From positions 20,767,648-20,831,647 of the forward strand of contig NC_092673.1 in NCBI RefSeq assembly GCF_964355755.1: 64,000 bases of DNA. Direction: 5' to 3'. This document shows, piece after piece, positions 28,104 through 42,390 of this stretch; position 1 is the stretch's first letter, and every line of letters starts with the position of its first letter. Source of the DNA: Antedon mediterranea. Taxonomy: Eukaryota > Animalia > Echinodermata. The position numbers were made by a program, and so were the translations under genes. The notes below the pieces were generated by a model. It did not search any database and was not told the DNA's origin. It was given only the letters and a program-made list of their open reading frames with translations.

Positions 28104-31100
28104 GTAACATTTATTTCTCTTCTTGTCTTTCATAGAAAATAAAAATTAACAGTAAATATGATTAAAATAAGAGGGGCAACATTCCTAAAAAGCGAAGCTT
28201 GTATAAGGCAGCCCATAGAAACTGGAAAAAAACACAGGACAACACGGGAACCGGAAACAGGACAAAAACAGTAATGAAGACTTTTAGTTTTAGGGTACCA
28301 AAAAGACTAAATATCAAAACTACAATGAGTGAAAGGATAATTAAACATAACTAGATAAGAGGTGCCGTTTCAATTTAAAAGAAAAACTCTTCTTAGACAA
28401 AGCACTTTTTATATTACTGGTACGTTATCCCAGAGTTTAGGACCAGTGAAGTTAATGCTATGTTTAAAAGAAGTAGTTTAAAAAAAAGCAATACGTATTT
28501 GATTTGCGCTCCGAGTTTTTGTGGTTATGAAAATTAAGATTGAAACTAAATAAATCATCAAAGTGTGATGGCAGGATCGAGTTTAGCCATGAATAGAGGA
28601 AAACACTTTGTTGAAGATGGTTAATATCCTGAATTTTAAGAAGACCAAATGAAGAAAATAAAGGATTGGAATGGGATAAAGGAGGAGCATTTGCTATGTA
28701 TCTTACGGTTTTCTTTTGGGTTAATAACAGTTTGTTTAAGTAGGACGGACGGGTATGTATTACCCCAATTACAGTAAGTGAGGTAAGGGAGGATTAGTGA
28801 ACAGTAAAGAATCCGGCGTATGTTTTAAAGGATGAAAGATGATAATCTATATATGATACCAGAACTTTTGGATATTTTGTTTTCGACTTGAGTAATCTGA
28901 TGTTTCCAATTTAGCTTACTGTCCAGATAAACACCAAGAAATTTAGTTTTCTCAACAATAGGTATTAATTGATCTTTAATTTTTAGTTTGAAAGTACTAG
29001 TATTTAGTGGTATTTGTGAATTTTTGAATACCATACAACAGCACTTCTTTAGATTAACAGAAAGTTTGTTTGCAGAAAAGTATGTTAAAATTTTGGGTAG
29101 ATTTTCGGTTGATATTTTAAAAAGGAAATCTATATTTTTATCAGTGTAAATTAGGGTTGTGTCATCAGCATACAACAGAAAAGAAAACATATTTGAGGCA
29201 TTATGGATATCATTTATGTATAATAAAAATAATAGAGGCCCAAGCAGGGAACCTTGAGGAACTCCACAAATAATAGGAAGAAAATCAGAAAGGGTGTGTT
29301 TAAATTTAGTGCATTGCTTGCGGTTTGAAAGGTAGCTTTTGAATAAATTATATACAGGGCTACGGATTCCATAATTATGTAACTTATATAATAAAATATC
29401 GTGATAAATTGTATCAAAGGCCTTCGAGAGGTCAATGAAAATACCAATGGCAAATTCACCCCTCTCGAAAGCCCCAACAATTTCATTTGTTAATTGAAGA
29501 AGTGCGGTGGATGTATTATAGTTCTTACGAAAGCCAAATTGTTTATTGTAAAGTATATTATTTTTTTGAAGATAATTGTATGTTCGATCATAAATAAGGC
29601 GTTCAAGTATTTAGGAAAAGATCGGTAGCACAGATATAGGACGGTAATTACTGGAATCAGATTTGTCACCAGTTTTAAAAATAGGAGTTACTTTAGCTAG
29701 TTTAAGGGTGTCAGGAAAGGTGCCATTTACAAAACAAAGATTGAAAATGTAGCAGAGGGGTTCAGAAATAAAAGGGATAAGTTTTTTAATAATATACGGG
29801 TTAATATCATCAATACCAGGTGCTTTACTATTTTTGAGGCGCGTAACAATATCCATAATCTCAAAAACAGTCACAGGATTGAGAAATAAAGAATTTGTGG
29901 ATGGCGGAGGGAGGTAATCCTTAAAATTTGCATTAGATGTGTCTATATTTTTGGCGAGGGTAGGTCCAATATTAACAAAAAAATTATTAAAATGATTTGA
30001 AATTATGTTGGGATCATCCGTTAAGTTTCCTTTGCAATTTATAGTGGACTCTTGGAAATGCTTACTTTCATTCGTTTTTATTAGACTATTTATAATTGTC
30101 CATGTTCCTTTGATATTATCTTTCTGCTGCTTAAACTTTTTTTCATAATAATCACGTTTTGTTAATTTTATTAAAGAGTTAAGGGAGTTACGGAATTGCT
30201 TATATTCATTTATGTTTTTGTCATTCGGATAGCGGAGGGATTTAGAATACAGTTTTTGTTTATGCTTTATTAAATTTAAGAGTTCATCCGTCATCCAGGT
30301 CTTTATTTCTTTTTATTTGCAGACTGGTCTTGAATTGGAAAATGTTTATCATACAGTCGTTTAAATTCAGTTTCAAATGAAAGTAAAGCAATATTAGGAT
30401 CATCCGTACCATAAACACCAGTCCAATTCATGTTTGACAAATCGTTTTTTATGTTTGAAATATTTGTTTCGTTAAATTTTCAGTAGATATGATTCGGGCT
30501 TACATAGTTTTTGGGATGGTTTGGTATATTTGATAAGGGTGTAATGTTAAAAATGGGCAAATGATCACTAATGAAATGAAATCACTATAGAAAAGTCCAG
30601 ATAGACTTGATGATTCAATTTGATTAGATAATATGTTGTCAATTAATGTTGCTGACGTTCGGGTAATACGAGTTGGTCTATTGATTAAGGGTAAAAGGAA
30701 ATTACTAAAGACAGAATTAACAAAATTGTTGGATTGATTATCGGACTGATGTTTAAGTAGGTCAATGTTAAAATCACCTAATAAGTAAATTTTTTTGTTT
30801 GTTTTTGCTAAATTATTTAACAGGAGATTAAAAGCGTCAATAAAACCATTCGTATCAAGAGATGGTGCCCTATAGATTACACCAACAATAATGTTTTGAT
30901 TGGATTCAATTTCAAGTTCAATAAAAAGGGAGTCGCATAGGGAGGGGTCTAGGAAAAGATCAGTTCTCTCTTTGAACACATTGTTATTTCGAACATACAG
31001 CCCTACACCTCCACCAGCCCGCCCGAGTCTGCATGTTTTTTGAAATGAAAGAATAACTGGAGATATTGGTTAATGGATTATCATCTTTCAACCAGGTTTC

Positions 31101-31710
31101 CGAAACTGCAATTATATCGAAATCATAATTTACATTGGTTACAAATAATTTGAAAGAATCAATGTTATGAAGTAAACTTCTAGAATTAATATGCAAGGAA
31201 GAAAAGTGAATTAGGAAATTCAGGAAAAGAAATTACAGTATGAATAAACAAGTTGAGGAAACACAAGGTAAATAAATTAATAATAATTTCAAAAATTAAA
31301 AGTTTATGCAAACAAAATATGTTTTTGAAAAAATTAAATGGATCTAGGCCTAAACAGTTCCATGTATGTGAAAAATAAGAGTTAAATGTTTTCAAGATCA
31401 GCAAAAGAACGAATTGGCTTCACAACATCACGGCCTTTAACTTGGATCAATGCAAACACTCTTCCATCTACCACCGACCATGCAGACCATACCCTACTAT
31501 GCTCACTTGTTTTGCGTAACAGACCGATGCGTTTACGGGTTAAGTCTTCCTGTATGGATAGGCCAGATCCCTTTAGCTTCCTCCGAGCCGTAATCACCAT
31601 CCTACGATATCGATAGGAGACGAACTTAACAATGATCGGCCTAGGCTTGTTTTGATTTTCTTTTCTTTTACCAACCCTGTGTGAACGATCAATGTTATCA
31701 GGAACCAACT
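28069..31710 (-). mobile_element. Degenerate CR1/L2-group (Crack/Daphne-like) LINE: ORF1 C-terminal part + frameshifted APE-endonuclease/RT ORF2
   Basis: ORF1 IDRSHRVG..PRPIIVKF..IQEDLT (31382-31708); APE HINSRSL..DIIAVSETWL, GVIYRAP, LGDFNID, PTRIT..TLIDNI; RT NYRPISVLP, GVPQGSLLGPLLF, YADD, KFLGVYLD; several stops/frameshifts; (TTGA)n tail at 28069-28101. Confidence 0.92.
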
Positions 31711-33178
31711 TAAGCCAGTGGCGTATCCAGGATTTTGAAGTTGGGTGGGGGGGGGGGGGGGAATTGCCAATTTGCCGACAAAATTGGTGTCATTATCTGT
31801 ATATACACCTGATCAATATATGTTCTAGGATTGCATAGTCATATTGTCTTATATGGGATAACGATGCAAAATTAAAACCAAACCAACATTATCTGTTAGT
31901 AGGCCTATGTTGTATTCATATTAAAATAAAGAAAGAATTAGGAAAATCTGACTTGTAGTTTAAGAAATATAGGGTCTAAAACATCGCCGAAAATGATCGT
32001 TTTTAGCCACGAAAGAAGTAAAACAATTTATATATATTACGGCCTCAGTCGACAATTCTATTAACTACGCCATTTTTGGTTAAAATAATTACATATAATT
32101 ACGTTTTTTAGTAATTTATTTTATATATCACCATTGGAAATATCAATAAAACATGTTATTAAATGCTTATAAAATATATAAAGTTGTTTACTTAACGGAA
32201 TTCGGGAAAATTCATTGCTCTAACTTTGTGTAGTTAACAACGATCAGAGAGATTCATGCACGAGAGAAAACATTCCGCTGCGGGTGATTCGCATCCACCA
32301 ATTAAATCAGCCAGTTGCCGACGGACACGAAATCAGTGGTTTGTTCGAGATCGTCAGCTTGCTGATTTAAATTCTCTACCGGAATGTTGCTCACGGTGAT
32401 CAGCATACACCGATTTAAAGTCCTTGTTTACTTTACGATCAAGTTCGTTTACCGTTTCTTCAAGGCTGTTAACTTTAATGTTTATCGTATTAGTTTGATT
32501 AACAACCTGACTAAGTTTGTCATCTATGATAGTCGTAAGAATCTTGTATTTTAGTAGAATTAAGAGAAGCAATTTTCAACTATGCTAGTGTATCACTCTC
32601 AAATAACTCGATCAGTATTTCCTCAGTGTAGAGGTCACAAACCTATTGGTCATTGGTTGATACGGAACTGGAAGTACCATGATTAATTCACATTTATCGT
32701 ATCCTGATTCACTTCAGAAATGTTTTAATGTCATATCGCATATTCATTTGTTTATACAAGTAAAATGAGGGGAAAAGAGAAAAAATACGCTATGTTTACA
32801 CAAACTATATAGTTTATACTACTTTATTATATAAATACATTTGTTCACGTCATCTTATGATAACGATCGCTATACAGCAATATGGCGATCATTGATCGAA
32901 CAAGGAAGTTATATGTTTACGTAATGTTACCTCTCCTTATTTGGAATAAAGGTCACAACCAGCCATACAATTGCACTGCATTGTATTTTGTACAGGTAGC
33001 AGATATATACAATAAACCTTGCGTTAAGGAAATTTGACTGGTTATAGATAGGCGTATTGACATTTTAGTCACCTGATAACATTGGAACCTGATGATATAT
33101 ATTTATATTAACACTCAAGAACGGACCCATTTGGACTGCTGGTAGATAGACGTAGGTTGAATAAAAACTAAAGCAAAC

Positions 33179-36100
33179 ATGAAATTTACAATACTATTCT
33201 TTATAGCGTTTTATCTTATTGAGACTGTACGTTGCAGTTTGGATCCATCATTGCAAGTGTCATTTGCGCGCGTGTTTCCGAATTATCGTCGTTTAAAACG
33301 AGATGTCGTTACGCTTTCGCCGTCGGCTTATACTGAAGAGGATAAGAAGGAAATGTTGGAGTCTCATAATGAATTCAGAAGAAATGTACAACCACTTGCT
33401 GCTGATATGAATTTACTAGTAAGTAACATTTATTTTATTGCAGCACTTTGGGACAAGGAATACATTATATTAATGATTATTATAATGACTAGGCCTATAT
33501 TACCAAAAATTAGCCTAATGATTAATTATTAAATAAAAAAGAGCCGGTATGATTGACCTAGACTCCATGGTACCGGTAGTACAGTCAACTCTACCAATAC
33601 TGGGCACTGTTGGGCTGGCCTATGTGTCTGGTTTTCTGTAAAGTCTGATATTCAGAATGTGTTTTAAATGTTGAAAATGAATTTGGGACCTTTTGAACCT
33701 CATGAATTAAACACCTGGGTTTGGAAGAGCTGGGTTTTAGAGAATCCGTTAGGGAAATGTGACTGTACTCATTTTCTAATGTTGATATTGGTTAGGGCCT
33801 GTGTTATGAAACGGTAACGAAACGGAAACAACAATAGGTATGAAGCAGTCTAATGCAAATACAGTTCTTTTTCAAGGAAGAGAACATACCGACATATATT
33901 GTATTATTTAATACACAGTGTAGGCTTACATCATTATTGGGTTAATATATAATCCACATGACAAATATGTGAGTACACGGTTTAAATCTATGCTAATATT
34001 AAATAAGAATATTACCATGGAGGCAATATGCTATAACCAACAAACGTGGATAAACCAACCAACAATAATTGATGTTTCTAGCATTATTACTGTCGTATTT
34101 ATTTGAATAAACACCTCCTTCGAATAAACTCCCCCTCCCTCCAAGAGAATATTATTTGGAATAGACGCCCCTAACCCTCAACCCCCAATAAACGCCCGGG
34201 CCGGGTGTTTATTTATTTCCTTGAATTTTCGCCACATGCATTATACACAAGTATTACAACACAATTCTATTAACATTTATTATTTGACATGATTTACAAT
34301 TTACCAAATACTTGTATACAATTTTTACTATATTTTATCACTTCTTGATATTATATATTGTGTATTTTTTTATATCTAGGTGTATTTGTTTTAATACTAT
34401 ATTACTTCCAAAAAAATAAACGCTTCCACAATTTGTATACAATTTTTACTGTATTTTATCACTTCCTAATATTATATGTTGTGTATTTTTTTATATCTAA
34501 GGTGATATTTATTTTAATACTATATTACATCAAGAGTTGGATAGCCGAGTGGTTAGGACACTTGACTGTCATACAGATAGACCCGTGTTCAATTCCCGAC
34601 AACTCCCAGCCCACTCAGCTGTAAATGAGTACCTGGTTGAAAATACTAGGGAGAAAAAAGGCGGCGTGGAGAGGAACTGGCCACCCTACCACATAATGCC
34701 GAGGCTTAGTACAATGAGCTCCTAACAGCTCATTCCCCTACGTTCAGAGAACACGGGACTCACCTTTATTACATCAAAAAAATAAAGGTTTCCCCCGAAT
34801 AAACCCTCCCTCAAATAAACGCCCCATCCAAAAAACCCTGGTAAACAAATACGAATAAATACGGTATTAAAATGTTTATATATCATAAAATATATGTAAA
34901 CATTACTTATTCAGGCATTAAATGGAACAATTAAGTGTATTTTAGCATCATCATCATTCTACTAATATTATGATAGTAACTCGAATTCTTGTTTGCTTTC
35001 TTGGGCAACGTTGTAATGTATTGATTACCTGTTATCCTTTCTTTTTCTTACATTCCATCTTTTGTGTAAACGTAGTACGGTGTTATTAAAACAATATTAT
35101 AGTAGCCTAGTAATGCTGTAATTGATACCGTGCTATTATTTGAAACATCAATATTTGATTTATTATTAATATTCATTACGAAAACGTATACTAGTTTTAA
35201 GACCTATCCACTACCAATACTGGTGTGTCAAGATTATTTATTTTAGAATAGTTCAAACCATGATTCACTGATAGCCTCAATTCTGTGCTTTTCCATTTTT
35301 GGTTGACATTTCAATGTCACATATTAGTTATTCACTTTGACCAAAAATTGGATCGGGAAAAAAATTGCTTACCTGAAAAAACTGTCAAAACTGTTTAAAT
35401 AAAAAAATAATTAAATTGGCTGCCAGCCAATGGGGTTTTGGTTGAAATTAACTGTTTATTTTGTCATTTTTTATAAATGAAAACAATATTTGTTCGGTTT
35501 TTTTTTATTAACTTATTTAATGGCCTATTGAAAGTCTGATTTTATTATAATTTTTCATATTTTTTGGGGACAATATATCTTTATTGCTATATAAAATAAT
35601 ATATATTTTAACATTTTTAGAGGTAACGCCGCGTATTGGACGCGCGTGTTGAAGACATGGACGCGCGCGTGCTAAAGACATTGCCAGTTCATGTGTACGC
35701 GCGCGTCAACTTTATGTTGTTATTTGTGGTTGACAAGACACGAATATTTCGTCATTTAAAAACCCTGAGTTATTTTAAAAACTGGAAGGTCCCTAGTCTG
35801 TAGAGGTCATAAATAACAATACATTGGATTAATAATTAAGTATCTGGAAGAAGGTTACCTTGTTAAGTATTGTTCAAAGTTTGGAAGTTGTCAATGTTAT
35901 CCCATTCTAATTACAGATACAAAACACAGATTAGTAAGCTTTAAACAAAACTGTCCTTTATATTTGATTTAAGATATTAGTAAGGTATTTTCTAGCGGTA
36001 TTAGTACTGTACCATTGCGACATTGAGCTATTTTAGGCTATTTTTTTTTAAATTATGGCGTACCGTATTTATTCGAATTAAGGATTACTGACGTATTTAT

Positions 36101-39100
36101 TCGAATAAACACCCCGCTTACAATAAAAGGGTTCCTCCAAGAGAACATCGTTTGGAATAAATGTCCCCTCAAATAAACGCCCCGGGGTCCTATCTTTTCC
36201 TCAAATAAACGCCCCGGGGTCCTATCTTTTCCTCAAGTAAACGTCCCGCCACTTTGCATATCACATAACCAATTTATATTTGTAGTATAATTCATTGACT
36301 TCCATGATCCACAATTGACGAAGTATTTTGATATATTTTATCACTTCCTAATATTAATTGTGTTGTATTTTTTTCATATTTAGGGAGAATTTATTTGATT
36401 GTACATGTTACCCTGATATTACACCAACAAAAATTAAACGCCTCCCTGAATAAACGCCTCCATCGAATAAACGCCCTCTAAAAACACTCATGAACAATAA
36501 ACACCCAGGGACGTTTATTCGAATAGATACGGTACTTTTTTATTATTATAAAAGACAATACTGTTTTTAGTACAGATACTTAAAAACAAAGACTAACTAT
36601 TTATTGGTACTTCGTAAAAATAAAATAGGATCTAACAATAATGTTAATTTACTCAAGGTAAATAATGTAAGGAGCAGTACAAGGTAATTCCGATTCAAGA
36701 ACAAATAATACATCGAGTACTGTAATATATGGTCTGATTATTTTCTTTTATTTGCTTTCATTTCAAATGATTAAATAAACAAAAATGTGTTAATATTGAG
36801 TATATGACTACTTGAATAATTACACATGATCGTGTTTGCCGCTCTGGGCCGTGATTTAAGTTTGAACCCCGCAGGTATCTTGTTTGTGGTTGTGACGTTG
36901 TAAAACTTTATATTTAGCTCTGTCTACACTATCAAACATTATGAGACAACAAAATGTGATGTTCCCATATATGGACATGGTGATGTCATATCACTACTAC
37001 CATATTTGGTCATATCACTACCATACTTGGGCACATCACACTTTTTTTTTATAGTGTAGAAAGAGCTTGAGGTTTATGTTATGTGGCGAAAAGTGTAACA
37101 TCACATAGTATAAAATAAAGTGTAAAAATATGTTCATAATTAATTTGATTTTAGACATGGAATGACCAGTTGGCTGATTCGGCTCAGTCGTGGGCGGAGC
37201 AGTGCATATGGGATCACGGCCAAGTGGAATTTGAAAACCAACAGTACAGCCCCATGGGCCAAAATCTATGGAGGGGCGGCAGAAAAGTGTAAGCCATACA
37301 TAGAGGAAGCAAATCCATTAGTGAAATGAAAAATATCAACTTTTAAACATTTAAATGCGCGACTACAGTGCAGTTCATGTATCAACAATTGTACGCGCAC
37401 GTTTACTGTACGCATGCGCAAATAGTTTCAATCACGACACTCACAGAATTAGGATTGTTGAGATGATGTGTATGTGTAAACTTATCCCAATACAAGTCTG
37501 TATTTATTTCTAGGCTTTTCGATGTTTTTCTGAAAGCTCAAGTAGTACACGTATGAAACGCCATATGTCAAAACTTATGTAGCGCTCACACACTATTTCT
37601 TTGTTGTAATATCTATCTATCAGTTTATAAGTGTTTGATGATGACGTCATGATTAATGTTGATTTTATCATTCAGTTCTGTAAGCGCAGTGAATGCTTGG
37701 CACAATGAGTATAAATATTATCATTATAACAATGATACTTGTGATCACGTGTGCGGCCACTACACTCAGGTAAGTGTTTATCAACCATCGTATCACGTAT
37801 TGACAATAAATAATGTGATACAATAGAGGAAATCTGTTATGGGCTACACTATCAAACTTTATGTGAAAAAAAATGTGATTTGCCCATAGACACGATGATG
37901 TCATATCACTACCATTATTTGGGCATATCACTACCATATTTGGGTATATCACTACCATATTTGGGCACATTACACTTTTTTGTCAAACTAGTTTGATAGT
38001 GTAGACAGAGCTTCATGCCTGGTTTCCACTAGAGAAGAACGCAAGGACGTAGTAAACGCAACACGTGGTTTGACCAATCACAAACTGTGGGTTTGCCATT
38101 GGCGTTGCGCTTACCGTCTTGCGTTGCGTCATAGTGACGCATGTACGCTTGAGAGACCTCTCCCAATTGAATGTCCGATTAGGTCAGGTTTGGTTTAGGA
38201 GCTAGGCACTGCAATAATAACGGGATTAACTCTTAAAATAGGTTGTTTGGGGCGACACTAAAGAAGTTGGCTGTGGATATTTTTCTTGTCCGGACGGAAA
38301 TACTATTGTTGCTTGTAACTATGGACCAGCGTAAGTTTATGGAGTTGTTTTTTTTACACTGATAATAACGCGTGCCGAATATTGCTATTGACACGTTATA
38401 TACACGTATAGTCACGATGTGACCAACTACCGATCAGAATTCATTTTTTTATCATCATCATTATACTGCACTGTCCTTTTAATACCCACACGATACATTT
38501 TTATTGGTAGTGGCAATTATAATCGAAAACCGTACATTGAAGGGCCTAGCTGTTCAGCATGTGATAAACCTGGTTACTGCTACGACGACAAACTTTGCTG
38601 TAAGTCACAATTATATTATATTAGCAGGAGTATGAGGACGTAAAAAGCGCGCCGTTTTCGAATGAGCGACATTAAACGTGTTTATGTTCGATGCGTAACT
38701 ATTTGTTTAATCTATATTTCAGCTACAACGTGTCATGACCAAAGCGTTGTGTCCGGATCATGTAGTAAGTTCATTGATGTATTGTGTTAGATAAAGCTTT
38801 TCCCACTAGAAAAACGGTCGACGCGGGTGACGTGACGTCGCAAGAAAATTTGTGATTCAAGCTTGGTTTCCACTAAGACACAACGCAAGGACGTAAGATG
38901 CAACGCAGGTGAATTTACCAATCAAAAGCAATGGATTATTCGAAATATCGCTTGTGATTGGTCAATTCCTTGTGTTGCGACTTACGTCTTTGCGTTGTGT
39001 CCTAGTGGGAACCAAGCTTTACGCATAATACATTCGTGCGTTACGTCACAAGACGCGATGTGTGAGATATAACTGAAAGAGTGAACCCGTATGCGTTTTA

Positions 39101-41880
39101 GAGTGTTTATCAATTAATATTCGCAGAATGTTCATATGCATGTCAGAACTGCGGAGTTTTAAATGAAGAAGAATGTACCTGCTCTTGTCAGGCTGGTTGG
39201 ACTGGCGCCCAGTGTGGAGGTAAAATACTATAATTCTTCGGACTAGTGAACAAGTATAGGTAAAGTCAGCATTAATTTGAATAAGGGAATCCTAAATGAT
39301 TGATTTTTGGCGTAGGTATGTGGGCAGGGGATGGGGTAGGCCTAGGCGACCACAAACTATTGTAATAATGTTCCATGCTACACCATGTTCTTTGATAGAC
39401 TTGGTTACTGACAACTGTTTTTTTATAGATGTATGTGCAGACACCAGTACACGTTGTAATAACGGCTGGTATAGGGCTCAGTGTGAAGGATATTCGTACG
39501 TCAGAACTGGCTGCCCTGCTATGTGCGGTATATGTGGTAAGATCAGTCATATTTGGTACTTTTAAGTTAAAAAGTAATGTACTTTATTTGCTATATTTAC
39601 CACCCGATTGTCAGTGCTGTGTCTCCTCATATGACAATATTTGTCCATAAGCAAATTCGGTGATGCAGCATCTCATCAGTGGTGCCGGTATCATCAGGGC
39701 ATTAAGAGACTCTTCCCTGGTATAATGATGGAGGTAAGGATTGGGCTAGGTCTATAATACAAACATGAGCTTCTATATCAAGGAATTGCCAGACACACAG
39801 TCCAGATATTCATGGGCTAAAATGTCTTATTAGTATTTATTTCTTTACTGTAGAAATACAGACAGCCGAAAACGCTTTTGACTGCCCATGTAATGGTAAA
39901 ACGTGTAGAAATGGAGGGCAATTAAATACAGATTCTTGTATTTGCACTTGTACTGAAGGATATACCGGAGATGTTTGTGGTGAGTTCAGTGGAATTTTAA
40001 TTTTTTGTAATAACCATTATTTATCTGCGAAAAATTAGTCTAATGAATTAGACCTATTAATAATTTGCTATTTAGGCCTACAATCTCATTGGGTAAAATA
40101 AATATTCATTTTATCCATGCTTGGACGTAACGCAAGGGCGAACGCGCAACGCAAGAAGACCAATTATGTTTGGTTTCCACTAGGACGCAACGCAAGGACG
40201 TAAACGCAACGCAAGCTTGTTGACCAATCACAGGCGACTGTTCGAATAATCCATCGCTTGAGATTGGTCAAATCACTTTGCGTTGCATTACGTCCTTGCG
40301 TTGCGTCCTACTGGAAAATAAGTTTCACAAGCAACAACTGAGATGATCCATTGTGTCATGATTGGTCAAAGTACTTGCTTTGCGGTTACGTCTTTGCGTT
40401 GCGTCCAAATGGAAACCAAGCTTGCAATACCAATTTTGAATGTAAACAATTTATATAAAAATCATGCATATTATTTTACATATTAAAATGGCATCACCGC
40501 TCTGCATTGCACGCTTTTATCAATATCATAGAATCACCGGTGCCAAGCCTATGTGATGGTGTTGTATGCGAGAACAACGGAGTGTTAGTTAACTCGACCT
40601 GTATCTGCCAGTGCCCTGATGGGTTTGAGGGGGCTACATGCGGTAAGTTCAATCAAATTTGGAGTCAAAATACTAGAGTGTACACGATGAGAATGATTGT
40701 TATGAGAACATTGCCATTGGTGACTCGGGTAATGCTTTTAAAATTCAGCATTAGCTTTTGATTTATAATTTCATTTTTACATTTTCCTTTTCATTAATCT
40801 AATTTGTTTTCGTTTTTAAAAAACTGATGCATGAAAGCAATTACTGCAGGCCTACATTAAAAGCACGTTTTTTAAATAATGCGCATTGTATTATAATGGT
40901 TCAGTCAACTCTCACAATACGGTACCAAACACCATTGGACTAGCCTATGTCTGTTTTTTTCCTTGAAATTTCAAGAAATTCTTGTATTATGATTGTTTTT
41001 TTAATGTTAAATGGGATTTGGGATCTTTTCAATCCAGTGCCTTTGAGTGAGTTTCCGGTTTTCAGAGAGTCTGGTATTGGGAGAGTCGACTGTAAAATTT
41101 TGTAAAACTGATTCTGTTTATTTTTAAATACATTGTGCTTGCTAAAGTATTTTGCTTATGTTATTTTGCTTGTTGCTTTGCTTACATAATACAATAGAAA
41201 ATGTCATCTTAACATCCACTACTCATGACGTCACGGAAGAAAGTAAAACAACGACAACAACTCCAATAAAAACCACACAGACAATTACAGAAAAGACAAC
41301 TGAAGTTAACGACGTAACGGAAAACCCCCACACGACATCTCCTCCTCCACCACCACCGATTTGCGAGCTTAAATGCCCCTTCGGATATGTTTTGGATACC
41401 AATGTCTGTGACTGTATTGAAAATATCTATGGTAAGTGTGATGAGAATAATAGAAAAGAGTCGCGACACCATAAGTATTGCAGAATGATTGTAACATTCC
41501 TTGAATTACGCATCGGAATCGACGAGACGATGATGTCGCATCTTCGTAATGAGCAGACGTCATCTGAACGTCGACATCATCGCAAGGAAAATACGCGTGT
41601 ACGTCATCATCATGGTCGAAAATCGGCCAATATCGTTCAGGTTACTACTACTATCGCTACTACTACTAAGCCTGATGCGGGCAGGCCAGACTTTAGTAAC
41701 CCGAAGAGAAATGGGAACATGGGAAATACTAACAAGGGAAACAGCAAGCGGGGAACTACTATCGCTACTACTACTAAGCCTGATGCGGGCAGGCCAGACT
41801 TTAGTAACCCGAAGAGAAATGGGAACATGGGAAATACTAACACGGGAAACAGCAAGCGGGGAAATAGTAAACGGTCTTAA
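33179..41880 (+). CDS. Secreted CAP/SCP (CRISP/PI16-like) protein with EGF-like and ShKT modules and Thr-rich/repetitive C-terminus, 11 exons
   Basis: Exons 33179-33418, 37155-37288, 37676-37769, 38242-38330, 38511-38599, 38723-38764, 39127-39219, 39429-39536, 39854-39979, 40532-40642, 41198-41880, phase-consistent. Signal peptide, HNEFRR..P.AADM..WN, GQNL, CGHYTQVVW, VGCG, VACNYGPAGNY; ShKT CADTSTRC..C..CPAMCGIC; EGF C.N.G.L...C.C.C..GYTG..C. Confidence 0.9.
33582..33765. mobile_element. MITE family C (TA target, Tc1/mariner-type); second copy 40902-41092, partial ~47370-47525
   Basis: TA-cagtcaactct(a/c)ccaatac ... gactg-TA, shared internal aatttgggaccttttgaacctca. Confidence 0.7.
34095..34864. 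mobile_element. MITE family E copy with internal ~120-bp duplication and a nested SINE
   Basis: cgtatttatttgaataaac ... cgaataaatacgg-TA; aataaacgccc subterminal repeats. Confidence 0.7.
34534..34766 (+). mobile_element. tRNA-derived SINE (Nin/Meta-domain-like) with 11-bp TSD
   Basis: A box tagccgagtgg, B box gttcaattcc, central cccactcagctgtaaatgagtacctgg; direct repeat tattacatcaa at 34523-34533 and 34767-34777. Confidence 0.85.
36063..36532. mobile_element. MITE family E (TA-CCGTATTT termini; pogo/Tc2-like)
   Basis: TA-ccgtatttattcgaat ... attcgaatagatacgg-TA with multiple aataaacgccc repeats. Confidence 0.8.
36916..37067. mobile_element. MITE family A copy
   Basis: agctctgtctacactat ... 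atagtgtagaaagagct. Confidence 0.8.
37843..38012. mobile_element. MITE family A copy
   Basis: ctacactatcaaact ... agtttgatagtgtagacagagct. Confidence 0.75.
38860..39018. mobile_element. MITE family B (Harbinger-like); related copies ~38017-38150, ~40119-40422 (nested), 59468-59646
   Basis: TIR agcttggtttccacta ... tagtgggaaccaagct with internal acgcaacgcaagg / ccaatca / tgattgg palindromic layout. Confidence 0.8.
41647..41862 (+). repeat. 108-bp (36-aa) coding tandem duplication in the CAP-protein last exon
   Basis: Two copies of TTIATTTKPDAGRPDFSNPKRNGNMGNTN(K/T)GNSKRG differing by one base. Confidence 0.95.
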
Positions 41881-42390
41881 AATGAATGTGCACATAATGT
41901 AGCACGAAGGTGGTGGGATTAAAATTTGTCCTGATTGATAACATTTACATGACGTATACTACGGGGTGTGCTTGCGTTTACTACAAAGCACTGTCGAAAT
42001 AGAATAGTTGGTTGGTGGTTCAAAAATTAACGTACTGCCTATAATATTGATATAATAACTTTTAACCTAATACCTTTGGTTTCCACTAATACGAAACACA
42101 AGTAATTTTAAAAGATGTTCATCATTCCGGGATATCCGTATATAATTCAAGACCGCAATACTATTTCCATCATATAAATTGGCTTCACGTTTCCATTGGT
42201 ATAAAGCACATTCATTGTTGTTAAATGCACAGACATAATACTTTTTTCCTTTTTTTTTTTTTTTGAGCTGTGAAGTTTTTATTATGTAAGAGAATTAATA
42301 CAAAATCTTTCATTTTTAGGAGTTGGATCTGCTAACATACCAACAAGTTCTTTAATGTGCATCGTCCTACCACTTATTCTAACCTGTATA

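Noticed and set aside
32354-32572. Coiled-coil-like ORF upstream of the degenerate LINE
   Set aside because: Possibly a LINE ORF1 remnant, but too short and disconnected to call
34534-34610. tRNA gene (also ~11513 and ~48157)
   Set aside because: A/B boxes run into SINE bodies, with a TSD at 34534-34766; no complete cloverleaf
41549-41902. Overlapping ORFs on both strands
   Set aside because: Shadows of the 108-bp coding duplication in the CAP gene
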